This document shows positions 37,609-46,711 of a stretch of DNA of 64,000 nucleotides, one piece after another. Under the pieces are notes generated by a model. It was not told the origin of the DNA, searched no databases, and saw nothing but the letters and a program-made list of their open reading frames with translations. The position numbers were made by a program, and so were the translations under genes. This stretch comes from a virus. The stretch lies in the IMG/VR virus record IMGVR_UViG_3300028610_001991; one strand, 5' to 3'. The number at the start of each line of letters is the position of its first letter. Positions within the stretch are counted from its first letter, which is position 1.

Positions 37609-38108
37609 TGTCTCTTAATGAGCATATACTTAATAAGTATAAGAGAGAAGTGTTTATAGAGACAGGGTTACAGGACGGAGAATCAGTAGATTATGCTCTC
37701 AAATGTAATTTTAAAGATATATTCAGTATAGAGGTAGATAGGCATTATGTTAGTCTGGGTTTAAATAAGTATGTGAATAACCCAAATGTGCATATAATAC
37801 AGGGAGATAGTTCCGTAGAGTTAGAAAAGTTGCTTATATCCGTTACGGCTAGTCCTCTGATTTGGCTAGATGCGCACCCCTTTAGGGAGGACATGAGGTT
37901 AAATCAATGTCCCTTATTAGCTGAGATAGAAGCAGTGGGAAAGCATTACGATAGATTAAAGCCTGTATTGATGATAGATGATATGAGAGTTTTTAATGAA
38001 GAAGATAAAAACATTATAAAAGAGAAAGTGCTTGCTTTTGCTCCTGATCACGTAGTTTATTTAGATACAAGATGCGGAATTAGAGATATATTTTGTATAG
38101 AGGTGTGA
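37608..38108 (+). CDS. Class I SAM-dependent methyltransferase-like protein
   Basis: Motifs FIETG…IFSIEVD…IIQGDS…IWLDAH…LMIDDMR. Confidence 0.65.
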   Translation: MSLNEHILNKYKREVFIETGLQDGESVDYALKCNFKDIFSIEVDRHYVSLGLNKYVNNPNVHIIQGDSSVELEKLLISVTASPLIWLDAHPFREDMRLNQCPLLAEIEAVGKHYDRLKPVLMIDDMRVFNEEDKNIIKEKVLAFAPDHVVYLDTRCGIRDIFCIEV

Positions 38109-38109
38109 T

Positions 38110-39081
38110 ATGGATTTAAATTGGGAAAAGCCTGACTACGGGAATGGTGTTTCTTCAATAATTTATAAATCGGAATTTGTATATAAGAAGCAACCTGTAG
38201 GGATGCAAAAACGAGAGCTTGAATTTTTAAATATACTTTACCCTTATGGATATATACCGGATTATAAGATTATATCTGAGGAGATAATTGAATTCAATAG
38301 AATTTATGTAGATAAGGTTACAAATGAAGATGAATTTTTATCACATTATGATAAGTTTTTAAGTATACTCAAGAAGAAAAATATAAGACACGGAGATCTT
38401 ACTTCGGCTAATATACTACCTTATAAAAACAAGCCTTATATCTTGGATTGGAATGAGAGTAGGTATTACAGTGAAAATTTATCGGATAAAAGACCGGAGA
38501 AAGATGCTTTTTGGTTTTGGAGATCAATGGTATACTATATAGATATATCTATATATCCTCTGCCAGGTAACGGACGTGGGCCTGAGATGTGGTATATATT
38601 GAGGGATCATGTATTAAATCCAGAGTACAAGACAGTTATAGACCTTGGGTGTGGTAGAGGTGATTTTAGTATACGTTCATTGATGAATGGAAAACAAGTA
38701 AATATGGTAGATTTTGATGAGGGGCAATTAAATATAGGGAAAGAAAAAATAGAGAAGAGGGGCCTTACTAATGTTACATATTACATTGAAAATATACTTG
38801 ACTTTATTAAAAGAGATATTCAGTCGGATATACTGTTTTGTTTTTCTGTTCTTCCTTATCTTAGTAGAAGTGATATGCTTGAAGTAATACGCTACGCAAA
38901 AAAGTTTAGTAGATTTTCATTTTTTGAGATACAATATACAGGGGATGGTCCTGGATATATAAAAGGGGATTCTGAAATTATAGATATTTTTAAGCAATGC
39001 GGGTTTATACATGTAGAAAAGATAGGATTTACTACTGTGGAGTACAGAAAAAAAGATAGAATTATCTGGAGGTGTACATGA
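38110..39081 (+). CDS. Kinase (RIO/Bud32-like) – class I methyltransferase fusion
   Basis: N-terminal IRHGDLTSANIL…YILDW catalytic loop; C-terminal VIDLGCGRG SAM-binding motif. Confidence 0.75.
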   Translation: MDLNWEKPDYGNGVSSIIYKSEFVYKKQPVGMQKRELEFLNILYPYGYIPDYKIISEEIIEFNRIYVDKVTNEDEFLSHYDKFLSILKKKNIRHGDLTSANILPYKNKPYILDWNESRYYSENLSDKRPEKDAFWFWRSMVYYIDISIYPLPGNGRGPEMWYILRDHVLNPEYKTVIDLGCGRGDFSIRSLMNGKQVNMVDFDEGQLNIGKEKIEKRGLTNVTYYIENILDFIKRDIQSDILFCFSVLPYLSRSDMLEVIRYAKKFSRFSFFEIQYTGDGPGYIKGDSEIIDIFKQCGFIHVEKIGFTTVEYRKKDRIIWRCT

Positions 39082-39896
39082 CATTGGTACTAATACATTT
39101 CGGGGAAAAGATACCCTATGCTGAACAGTGCGTTTCTGCTATTAAAAAAGTCTCTAATATAGTTATTCATTGGATAGCTGAGTACCCTATCGAGGGAGTA
39201 GAATCTTTTGATATAAATAAATACTCTATGGATGATTACTGTGCTTGGTTTAACGGCCATAATAATTTCTTAAGATGTTCCGGGGACCTCTGGAACTATT
39301 CCCTACAGAGGTTTTACATACTATACCTACATTGTTATGCACATAGCTTAGAATCAGTATTACACATTGAGAATGACCAAGTAGTTTATTATGATCCTTT
39401 GGGTATTGGGGGTATATTAAAGAAGAGCGATAAGTTATTAGCATTAGATCTCGGACCAAAATATGCGTCCGGAGCAATAATGTACTTTAGTAATATAGGT
39501 TTACTATATAATATGAATCAGGAAATTAATAAGTGTTTGATTAAAGGTGATGCATGGATAAAAAAGACGATGAACTTATGTGAGATAGAGGTATCTTCAG
39601 AAATGGTTATTTTAAAGTACTTATTGATGAATAATATTATTAAATCGCTACCTTTATTTCCAGAAGATTCAGATGAGTATGGTTATATATTTGATCCGGC
39701 AAGTTACGGACAATATTTTGGGGGTACCCCTGCAGGTCATTCTCCGGGTACATTATTTGAGCATCATTATATAGGTAAGAGGATTAAAGAGACAAATGAG
39801 AAATTAAGTATGATAAGGGGTAAGCCATACTTTAACGATACACCTATATTTAACCTGCACATACATACAAAAAAATTGCAAGATTTTATTCAATGA
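39078..39896 (+). CDS. Putative glycosyltransferase-like protein
   Basis: Motifs LHIEND, FDPASYGQYFGG and IFNLHIHTK, a pattern seen in viral glycan clusters. Starts at an ATGA overlap. Confidence 0.45.
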   Translation: MTLVLIHFGEKIPYAEQCVSAIKKVSNIVIHWIAEYPIEGVESFDINKYSMDDYCAWFNGHNNFLRCSGDLWNYSLQRFYILYLHCYAHSLESVLHIENDQVVYYDPLGIGGILKKSDKLLALDLGPKYASGAIMYFSNIGLLYNMNQEINKCLIKGDAWIKKTMNLCEIEVSSEMVILKYLLMNNIIKSLPLFPEDSDEYGYIFDPASYGQYFGGTPAGHSPGTLFEHHYIGKRIKETNEKLSMIRGKPYFNDTPIFNLHIHTKKLQDFIQ

Positions 39897-40534
39897 CATT
39901 TTCATTCCATGCTATGAAAAGAAGTGGGCATCATGCTGTTATCTATTGGGTAGCAAAACATTTACCTTATAATGTTATCCCTAATAGTTGTGGTGCTTAC
40001 TTCCCTGAGGAGTATTGTAATAAAGGCTTTAAATTTACTGTTGAATTTTGTGATTATGAAGATTATGAAGTACGCACTGAGATACATAAAAGATTTACAA
40101 GTATACTAGTAATGAGAGACCCATTTAATTTATTTGCTAGTCGAGAGAAATTAGCTGAACATAAAAAAATGGATGGATTATCTACAGGTGTACTCGACTT
40201 GTATGAGGGTCAGATAAAAGCCATGTCTGCTTTTTCATTCATTATATTTTTTAATTACTGGCTTGAAAAAGAAAATAGAAAGATAATAGGAAAGATGTTA
40301 GGTTGTGATAAAAACTGTGAGGAGCTATACACTGGGATATCGAAAGAGGGATGGGGTAGTAGTTTTGATTTATTAAAGTATCAGGGGGATCCTCTGAAGA
40401 TGGCTTTAACTAAAAGATGGAAATATTTAAGTAAAGGCAGGCTGGAGAGAATATTAAAAAGAAAGGTAATTTACCATTTTGCTGAAACTTATTTTAGTGA
40501 ATTATTAAACGATGTACTTGAGTATGTAGGGTAA
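39893..40534 (+). CDS. Sulfotransferase-like protein
   Basis: AMKRSGHHAVIYW resembles the 5'-phosphosulfate-binding loop, and LVMRDPFNLFASR resembles the 3'-phosphate-binding motif. Confidence 0.6.
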   Translation: MTFSFHAMKRSGHHAVIYWVAKHLPYNVIPNSCGAYFPEEYCNKGFKFTVEFCDYEDYEVRTEIHKRFTSILVMRDPFNLFASREKLAEHKKMDGLSTGVLDLYEGQIKAMSAFSFIIFFNYWLEKENRKIIGKMLGCDKNCEELYTGISKEGWGSSFDLLKYQGDPLKMALTKRWKYLSKGRLERILKRKVIYHFAETYFSELLNDVLEYVG

Positions 40535-41286
40535 TGGATATAACAAGAGATTATATACATGGAGATAAATTTGAAATAATAGCTGATTTTATATGGTCTG
40601 ATAGCGTGAAGGACATAATAGATAATGATGGCATAATACTGTGTTATACACATTATTTAAATGAACTGTTTGACTATTTGAGAAATAAAAAGCATAAGTG
40701 TCTATTGATCAGTCACAACTCTGATGATAATATAAGTGAAGAATTGTACAGAAGAAAATCTGATTGTATAAAAGTGTGGTACGGTCAGAATAGGATTTTT
40801 AACTGTGATGTTACGCCGCTGCCTATAGGTATTGAGCGGCCTATATGGGGAAATTATGGAGATATGAGTTATGTGGCTAGTATTAAAAATTCAGAGAGAA
40901 AAGTTTTTAATAAGTATCTACTGGCGGTAAATATAAACAACAATCCCGGAGGCAGACAAGCGTGTATCGATTATTACAGATCTTTTAAAACTGTCACTTA
41001 CTTACCCGAGAAGATACCCTTTAAAGAATATGTGAAGTTATTATATACACATAAATATGTAATCAGTCCTCCGGGACATGGCTATGATTGCCACAGAACA
41101 TGGGAAGCAATGTACCTAGGTGTTATCCCTATAGTTTTTGATATGGATTATTTTTCTGATTTACCACTCATATCAGTACATGAATGGAAAGATATAACAG
41201 ATGAGGTGCCTGGTAGGTGTATTGATAAGCTTGATATAAATTATTGGATGCAAAGGATAAAGGATGGTTATTCAGGACTTGATTAA
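40534..41286 (+). CDS. Exostosin-like (GT47-related) glycosyltransferase
   Basis: Motif HKYVISPPGHGYDCHRTWEAMYLGVIPIV. Confidence 0.7.
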   Translation: MDITRDYIHGDKFEIIADFIWSDSVKDIIDNDGIILCYTHYLNELFDYLRNKKHKCLLISHNSDDNISEELYRRKSDCIKVWYGQNRIFNCDVTPLPIGIERPIWGNYGDMSYVASIKNSERKVFNKYLLAVNINNNPGGRQACIDYYRSFKTVTYLPEKIPFKEYVKLLYTHKYVISPPGHGYDCHRTWEAMYLGVIPIVFDMDYFSDLPLISVHEWKDITDEVPGRCIDKLDINYWMQRIKDGYSGLD

Positions 41287-41845
41287 TGAGGAAGGAACGA
41301 AGCTTCCTTGGTTTACGTATCCTGCGATAGAGTATTTGAGGCAATTAGATATGTCCGATAAGAAAGTATTTGAGTGGGGCTGTGGTAGTTCGTCTTTATT
41401 TTTTGCAAACAGGTGCTGCTCTATAATTAGTATTGAGCATAATATAAGTTGGTATGAGAAGATAATAAAAGGTAAACCAGATAATTTGACCGTATTACAT
41501 ATAGATAATACCCTTGATGATTATTATTTATGTATAAATAAACATGATAAGTTTGATATAATTGTGGTTGATTCAGAGAATAGAAAGAAGTGTTGCGAGC
41601 AGGCTATTAATAAGTTAAAATCAGGAGGTATAATCATCTTTGATAATTCCAATTGGTTTGTAGATGCTTGTAATTACCTTAGAGGGACAGGATTAATACA
41701 AGTTGATTTTCATGGTAATGGTCAGTCTAATGCATATGCTTGGACAACATCAGTATTTTTTACTAGGGATTTTGACTTTTTACCAAAAGATAATACGCAG
41801 CCTATGAAGCCTATAGGAGGAACACTTTTTAATGAATCTCAGTGA
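41264..41845 (+). CDS. Class I SAM-dependent methyltransferase
   Basis: Motifs PWFTYPAIEYL…VFEWGCGSSSLFF…SIEHN…FDIIVVD…GGIIIFDN. Confidence 0.75.
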   Translation: MVIQDLINEEGTKLPWFTYPAIEYLRQLDMSDKKVFEWGCGSSSLFFANRCCSIISIEHNISWYEKIIKGKPDNLTVLHIDNTLDDYYLCINKHDKFDIIVVDSENRKKCCEQAINKLKSGGIIIFDNSNWFVDACNYLRGTGLIQVDFHGNGQSNAYAWTTSVFFTRDFDFLPKDNTQPMKPIGGTLFNESQ

Positions 41846-42443
41846 TTTTGTATTTGATCTGTTTAACTATAACAGAGGAGTCTATGTAGAGGCTGGAGCA
41901 AATAATGGTATTTCACAAAGTAATACATATAGACTGGAGAGAGAAAGAAATTGGTCAGGAATGTTGATCGAGCCTTCTTTAATAAGCTTAAATAAATGTA
42001 TTGAAAGTAGAGGTAAGGGAAACATATTTGTTAATTGTTGCTTAGTGGCGGATAATTACGGGAAGAAATATATACATGGTGATTTTGACGGGCATTTGAT
42101 GGCAAGTGTGGATGGTAAACGACTGAAACGGGGACGGGATATAAAGGCATTAGCGCAAACATTAATGAGTGTAACAACTAAGTATAAGTTTTTTAGTGTG
42201 GATCTGTTAAGCTTGGATGTAGAGGATTACGAGGTACAGGTTTTAGAGGGGGCTGATTTTAATGTATTTAAACCAGAGTATATAATAATTGAGATTCATA
42301 TAAACCATTTAGGTACAGTTAAAGGACAGCTATTGAAAAACTATAAATTTATAGGTAATATAACTAATTATAATATAAAGGATAATCCTTTTTGGGATCA
42401 AGCTCATGATGATTATTTATTTAGAAGGAAGTTAGATGAATAA
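41832..42443 (+). CDS. FkbM family methyltransferase
   Basis: Motifs YVEAGANNGISQSNT…MLIEP…VDLLSLDVED. Confidence 0.8.
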   Translation: MNLSDFVFDLFNYNRGVYVEAGANNGISQSNTYRLERERNWSGMLIEPSLISLNKCIESRGKGNIFVNCCLVADNYGKKYIHGDFDGHLMASVDGKRLKRGRDIKALAQTLMSVTTKYKFFSVDLLSLDVEDYEVQVLEGADFNVFKPEYIIIEIHINHLGTVKGQLLKNYKFIGNITNYNIKDNPFWDQAHDDYLFRRKLDE

Positions 42444-43371
42444 AAACTCAAAAGTATATGTTGCAGGGCACACAGGCCTTGTTGGTTCTAATTTGATAAA
42501 GGCTTTATATAGCAGAGGCTATAATAATATTATTTATTATACGCATAGGGGTTTAGGGGGTTTAGACTTACTTAACCAAAAAGAAGTAACAAATATGTTT
42601 GATACGCAGCGACCAGAATATGTATTTTTATGTGCGGCTCGGGTAGGAGGTATTAAGGCTAATGATGACTTATGTGCTGATTTTATCTATGAGAATACCA
42701 GAATTCAAATAAATATAATAAAGGCCTGTCATGACTATAAAGTTAATAAATTGTTATTTCTTGGTAGTTCCTGTATTTACCCTAAAAGTGTAGACACACC
42801 TATAAAAGAGAGTTCTTTACTGGAAAGCGTACTTGAAGAGACTAATATAGGTTATGCTATTGCTAAAATCAACGGAATAAAGATGTGTCAGTTATTTAAT
42901 AAACAGTACGGCGATGTTTTTATTTCTATTATGCCTACGAATCTATACGGTAGAGGTGACACGTATGACCTACAGAAAGGTCATGTATTTTCAACCTTAA
43001 TTATGAATATCCATAAAGCTAAGGTGACAAACGCACCATGTATAGAACTATGGGGCTCAGGGAAACCTTTAAGGGAGTTTTTATTCGTAGAGGATTTTGC
43101 TGATGCTCTTATATTTTTAATGAATGACTACAGTAGTCCGGAAATAATAAATGTAGGCACAGGTAAAGACATTCCAGTTTATGATTTGACTAAATTGATG
43201 TGCGTGATAATTGGATATGAAGGGAAAATTGTTTTTGATTCTTCAAAGCCTGACGGCACGTATAGAAAGGTTATGGATGTATCAAAAATAAATAGTTTAG
43301 GCTGGGAGGCCAGCACTTCTCTAAGAGACGGAATAATTAAAACATACCAATATTATCAGGAGACTTTATGA
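42436..43371 (+). CDS. fcl: GDP-L-fucose synthase
   Basis: Motifs [55 protein letters not shown] and KPDGT. Confidence 0.93.
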   Translation: MNKNSKVYVAGHTGLVGSNLIKALYSRGYNNIIYYTHRGLGGLDLLNQKEVTNMFDTQRPEYVFLCAARVGGIKANDDLCADFIYENTRIQINIIKACHDYKVNKLLFLGSSCIYPKSVDTPIKESSLLESVLEETNIGYAIAKINGIKMCQLFNKQYGDVFISIMPTNLYGRGDTYDLQKGHVFSTLIMNIHKAKVTNAPCIELWGSGKPLREFLFVEDFADALIFLMNDYSSPEIINVGTGKDIPVYDLTKLMCVIIGYEGKIVFDSSKPDGTYRKVMDVSKINSLGWEASTSLRDGIIKTYQYYQETL

Positions 43372-44339
43372 AAGCATTTATTACAGGTATTACCGGCCAG
43401 GACGGATCCTACCTTGCTGAATTATTACTTGAAAAAGGGTATGAGGTACATGGACTTATTAGGAGAGCCGCTTCTTTTAATACAGGGAGAATAGATCATA
43501 TTTTCGATAAATTACATTTACATTTTGGTGATCTCACAGATGGTTTAAATATATTTCATTTGATACATAAGATAAAACCTCAAGAAATTTATAATATGGG
43601 TGCGCAATCTCATGTACGTGTATCTTTCGATACCCCTGTCTATACGATTAATACTATTGTTCAGGGGATTACTCATATATTAGAGTCAGTTAGACAAATT
43701 GATTCATCAATAAAAGTATATCAGGCTTCTAGCAGCGAAATGTATGGTGGAGTAGAAGAAGTACCGCAGTCAGAAACAACTCCTTTTTACCCACGTAGCC
43801 CTTACGGGTGTGCTAAAGTTTTTGCTTATCACCTCTCACGGAACTATAGAGAGTCATATAGTATGTTTGTATGTAACGGTATTTTATTTAATCACGAGTC
43901 GGAACGAAGGGGAGATACGTTTGTTACTAAAAAAATAACTAATTATATAAAGCTAATTCGTAAGTGTGATCACTGGTTTGATAATACGCCGGAATATATT
44001 ATAAAAAATATAGGTAAGTTAAAGTTAGGAAATCTTGATGCTAAACGAGACTGGGGGTATGCTCCTGATTATATGGAAGCTGCTTGGCTGATGTTACAGC
44101 AGCAGGAACCCGATGATTATGTAATAGCTACAGGAGAAACGCATACAGTAAGGGAGTTTTTAGAGATAGCATTCGCTCACGTAGAAAAGGATTATAAAGA
44201 CTTTGTTGAAATTGATCCTAAGTATTTTAGACCAACCGAAGTTGACACATTATTAGGAGACTATACTAAAGCTTGTAATAAGCTAGGATGGAAACCTAAG
44301 ACTACTTTTAACAAACTAGTAAGAAGGATGATAAAATGA
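43368..44339 (+). CDS. gmd: GDP-mannose 4,6-dehydratase
   Basis: Motifs [49 protein letters not shown] and [11 protein letters not shown]. Confidence 0.95.
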   Translation: MKAFITGITGQDGSYLAELLLEKGYEVHGLIRRAASFNTGRIDHIFDKLHLHFGDLTDGLNIFHLIHKIKPQEIYNMGAQSHVRVSFDTPVYTINTIVQGITHILESVRQIDSSIKVYQASSSEMYGGVEEVPQSETTPFYPRSPYGCAKVFAYHLSRNYRESYSMFVCNGILFNHESERRGDTFVTKKITNYIKLIRKCDHWFDNTPEYIIKNIGKLKLGNLDAKRDWGYAPDYMEAAWLMLQQQEPDDYVIATGETHTVREFLEIAFAHVEKDYKDFVEIDPKYFRPTEVDTLLGDYTKACNKLGWKPKTTFNKLVRRMIK

Positions 44340-45145
44340 ACAAGACACTATTTTTTACAGGATTATCCGGGAGCGGTAAGACAACACTGGCTTTAGCATT
44401 AAAGGATAGGCTCGATGCTGTTTTACTGGATGGAGATATATTAAGAAAAGGACTCAATAAAGATTTGTGTTTTTCAAGAGAAGACAGGTGTGAAAATATA
44501 CGTAGAGTTATAGAGCTATGTAAACTTTTTAACGTTAACGGTAGGGACGTAATAGCCGCCTTTATTTGTCCGTATGAGGATTTAAGAAAAGCTGCCCAAA
44601 AAGGTATAGATAGCTGTTTTATTATTTACTGTGAGTGTAGTATTGAGGAGTGTGAGCGTCGTGATCCAAAAGGGCTGTATAAAAAAGCTCGTGCAAGAGA
44701 TATAAAGTATTTTACTGGAATAAGTAGTGTCTTTGAGAAACCAAAGTGCGCTAATATTATTGTTAATACAGAAAAATATACAGTAGACGAATGTGTTAGT
44801 CAAATTTTATTAAATGTAGATAATAATCAGCATCTTTGTTTTATCGGAAGATGGCATCCTCTACATGAAGGACATAAGCATATAATGAAAATAAAATACA
44901 AAGAGAAGGGGTTACCCCTACTTATCCTTGTACGTGATACTCATGAAGCAATGTCTGCTTATAAAAGAAAACATTTAATTGAAAAATGGTTTGCAGAAGA
45001 AAATATTCAAGGTAAAGTAGTTATTATACCGGATATTGAAGGTGTATACTACGGTAGGGGTGTTGGTTACAATATAGAACAAATAGAAGTCCCGAAGGGT
45101 ATTGCTGATATATCAGGTACAAAGATACGAGAGGGATTAGTATGA
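44336..45145 (+). CDS. cysC: Adenylylsulfate kinase fused to a HIGH-type nucleotidyltransferase domain
   Basis: N-terminal [17 protein letters not shown] and RRDPKGLY (APS kinase); C-terminal [12 protein letters not shown]…ISGTKIR (cytidylyltransferase-like). Confidence 0.85.
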   Translation: MNKTLFFTGLSGSGKTTLALALKDRLDAVLLDGDILRKGLNKDLCFSREDRCENIRRVIELCKLFNVNGRDVIAAFICPYEDLRKAAQKGIDSCFIIYCECSIEECERRDPKGLYKKARARDIKYFTGISSVFEKPKCANIIVNTEKYTVDECVSQILLNVDNNQHLCFIGRWHPLHEGHKHIMKIKYKEKGLPLLILVRDTHEAMSAYKRKHLIEKWFAEENIQGKVVIIPDIEGVYYGRGVGYNIEQIEVPKGIADISGTKIREGLV

Positions 45146-45888
45146 TACCAAAACAAATATTTACATATTGGGAAGGTATGTCCTTCGATTATATCAAGTA
45201 CTGCTTTAAAACAATTGAAGAAAGATCTGAGTGTAAGTTATTTAAATTAAATCCAACAAATATAGATGAGTATATAGATGGCTCAGGATTAAGTAGAAGA
45301 TGGAAATGTTTAAAGATTATATCTCAAAAAGTTGATTGTTTGAGGGCAGCCCTTTTATACAATAACGGAGGTATGTGGTGCGATGCAGATACGGTATGGC
45401 TTCATAAAATACCTGAGGAATTATTTCAGAATGATCATGACATTTGTCTTTTAAAGTGGCCAAGCGGTATTATCCTGAACGGTTATTTTATAGCTAAGAA
45501 AAACAGTGTTTTTTTACAGAAGGTGATTGAGAGAATTAACACATACTTAAGTGACGGACGAACTAAATATCCAGAGAATGGGTTTGTTTTATTCGGAGAA
45601 ACTGTATTTAACGAAGTAGCTCAGCAATATCCGGATTTAGTTAATATATTACCAACCGATATTTTTCTTCCTGTTGAATTTCAATTTAATCCTAGGATAT
45701 GGGAAGTGAAGAAAAAGATAAATGAGTTTATTAAACCAGAAACATTATGTATTGGTCTTAGCCATTCAACCAATTTTATTTATTCTCGTAAGTCTGTGTA
45801 TCAGGCTGTGAGTATCTTAGCTAATCAGGACAATTTATTCGGAGATATTTTTAAACATTCTATAAACTTAGGCGAAGTAAATTCTTGA
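45142..45888 (+). CDS. DXD glycosyltransferase (GT32 / capsular polysaccharide synthesis-like)
   Basis: Motifs [10 protein letters not shown]…KVDCLRAALLYNNGGMWCDAD. Confidence 0.8.
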   Translation: MIPKQIFTYWEGMSFDYIKYCFKTIEERSECKLFKLNPTNIDEYIDGSGLSRRWKCLKIISQKVDCLRAALLYNNGGMWCDADTVWLHKIPEELFQNDHDICLLKWPSGIILNGYFIAKKNSVFLQKVIERINTYLSDGRTKYPENGFVLFGETVFNEVAQQYPDLVNILPTDIFLPVEFQFNPRIWEVKKKINEFIKPETLCIGLSHSTNFIYSRKSVYQAVSILANQDNLFGDIFKHSINLGEVNS

Positions 45889-45913
45889 CATCTTAATATT
45901 TTGATGATATAAT
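45885..45913 (+). promoter_or_regulatory. Perfect consensus sigma70 promoter with extended -10
   Basis: TTGACA (45885-90), 17-nt spacer, TG-n-TATAAT (45905-13), at the boundary before the replication module. Confidence 0.85.
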
Positions 45914-45928
45914 CCCCCTCACATATTC

Positions 45929-45956
45929 TTACAGTAGCGGGACATTTTTACTGTAA
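45929..45956. promoter_or_regulatory. Inverted repeat TTACAGTA-N12-TACTGTAA (operator or 5'-leader hairpin)
   Basis: Perfect 8-bp arms just downstream of the predicted transcription start. Confidence 0.5.
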
Positions 45957-45958
45957 TC

Positions 45959-46001
45959 AAAAAAGTACTTAACTTTTTTTACAAAATGAGGATATATAGT
46001 A
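45959..46001 (+). repeat. 43-bp intergenic direct repeat, copy 1
   Basis: AAAAAAGTACTTAACTTTTTTTACAAAATGAGGATATATAGTA, identical to 57480-57522. Confidence 0.9.
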
Positions 46002-46034
46002 GTAGAGAGAAATAATAAAAACGGGAGGGAAGAA

Positions 46035-46706
46035 ATGCCAGTCAAGATAAAAATTCCAACTTTAAAGTCATTAAAACAGAATGCTAAAAGAACAGTTACT
46101 AAGTACTATGTTGAAGTTAATAAGCTGTTAAAGGAGTATGAGTCTAAAGATGCTCCTGCTTCAGCTAACCTGCAGTTTCATTTAGATAGGTTGATAAAAA
46201 GATACACAACGAAATCACTCGATACAATAGATAGTTACTTTAAACACAAAGGTACTGTCACTTGTCCTAAATGTAAGAAGAAGGTAGATACTGTTATTGT
46301 ATCAAATTTTAGTACACGGTGTCCTTTCTGTGTTAATCTTAATTGGTTAGACCTCGTATCTACAGTAGGGAAAACTCCGGAGGGGGCATCAAAAACAGTA
46401 GCTTTTTCTTGTCATATTAAAGACCCAAAACATAAAGAAAATAACATGGTTATTAAGGGCCCAAGACAATCACTATTGTACTGGATATTAAATAAAATAT
46501 CATTTGGAAAAATAAAAAAGAGGTATAGTCGGTTCGGTTATTTAAAAATATATGCTAACCCGGGTATATTAAAAAACGCTAAGGAATTTGATAAAAAGTA
46601 TTTAGTTGTAGTTGGCGCAACACCAAAAGAATTAATAGTAAAATATTTCGGGGACGTACAGATGACAGTAACAAAACAGGTAGAAGATATGAAAAAGTCT
46701 AGGTAA
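46035..46706 (+). CDS. Hypothetical protein with zinc ribbon
   Basis: CPKC…CPFC motifs; GGGAGG RBS. Confidence 0.7.
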   Translation: MPVKIKIPTLKSLKQNAKRTVTKYYVEVNKLLKEYESKDAPASANLQFHLDRLIKRYTTKSLDTIDSYFKHKGTVTCPKCKKKVDTVIVSNFSTRCPFCVNLNWLDLVSTVGKTPEGASKTVAFSCHIKDPKHKENNMVIKGPRQSLLYWILNKISFGKIKKRYSRFGYLKIYANPGILKNAKEFDKKYLVVVGATPKELIVKYFGDVQMTVTKQVEDMKKSR

Positions 46707-46711
46707 GAGTA

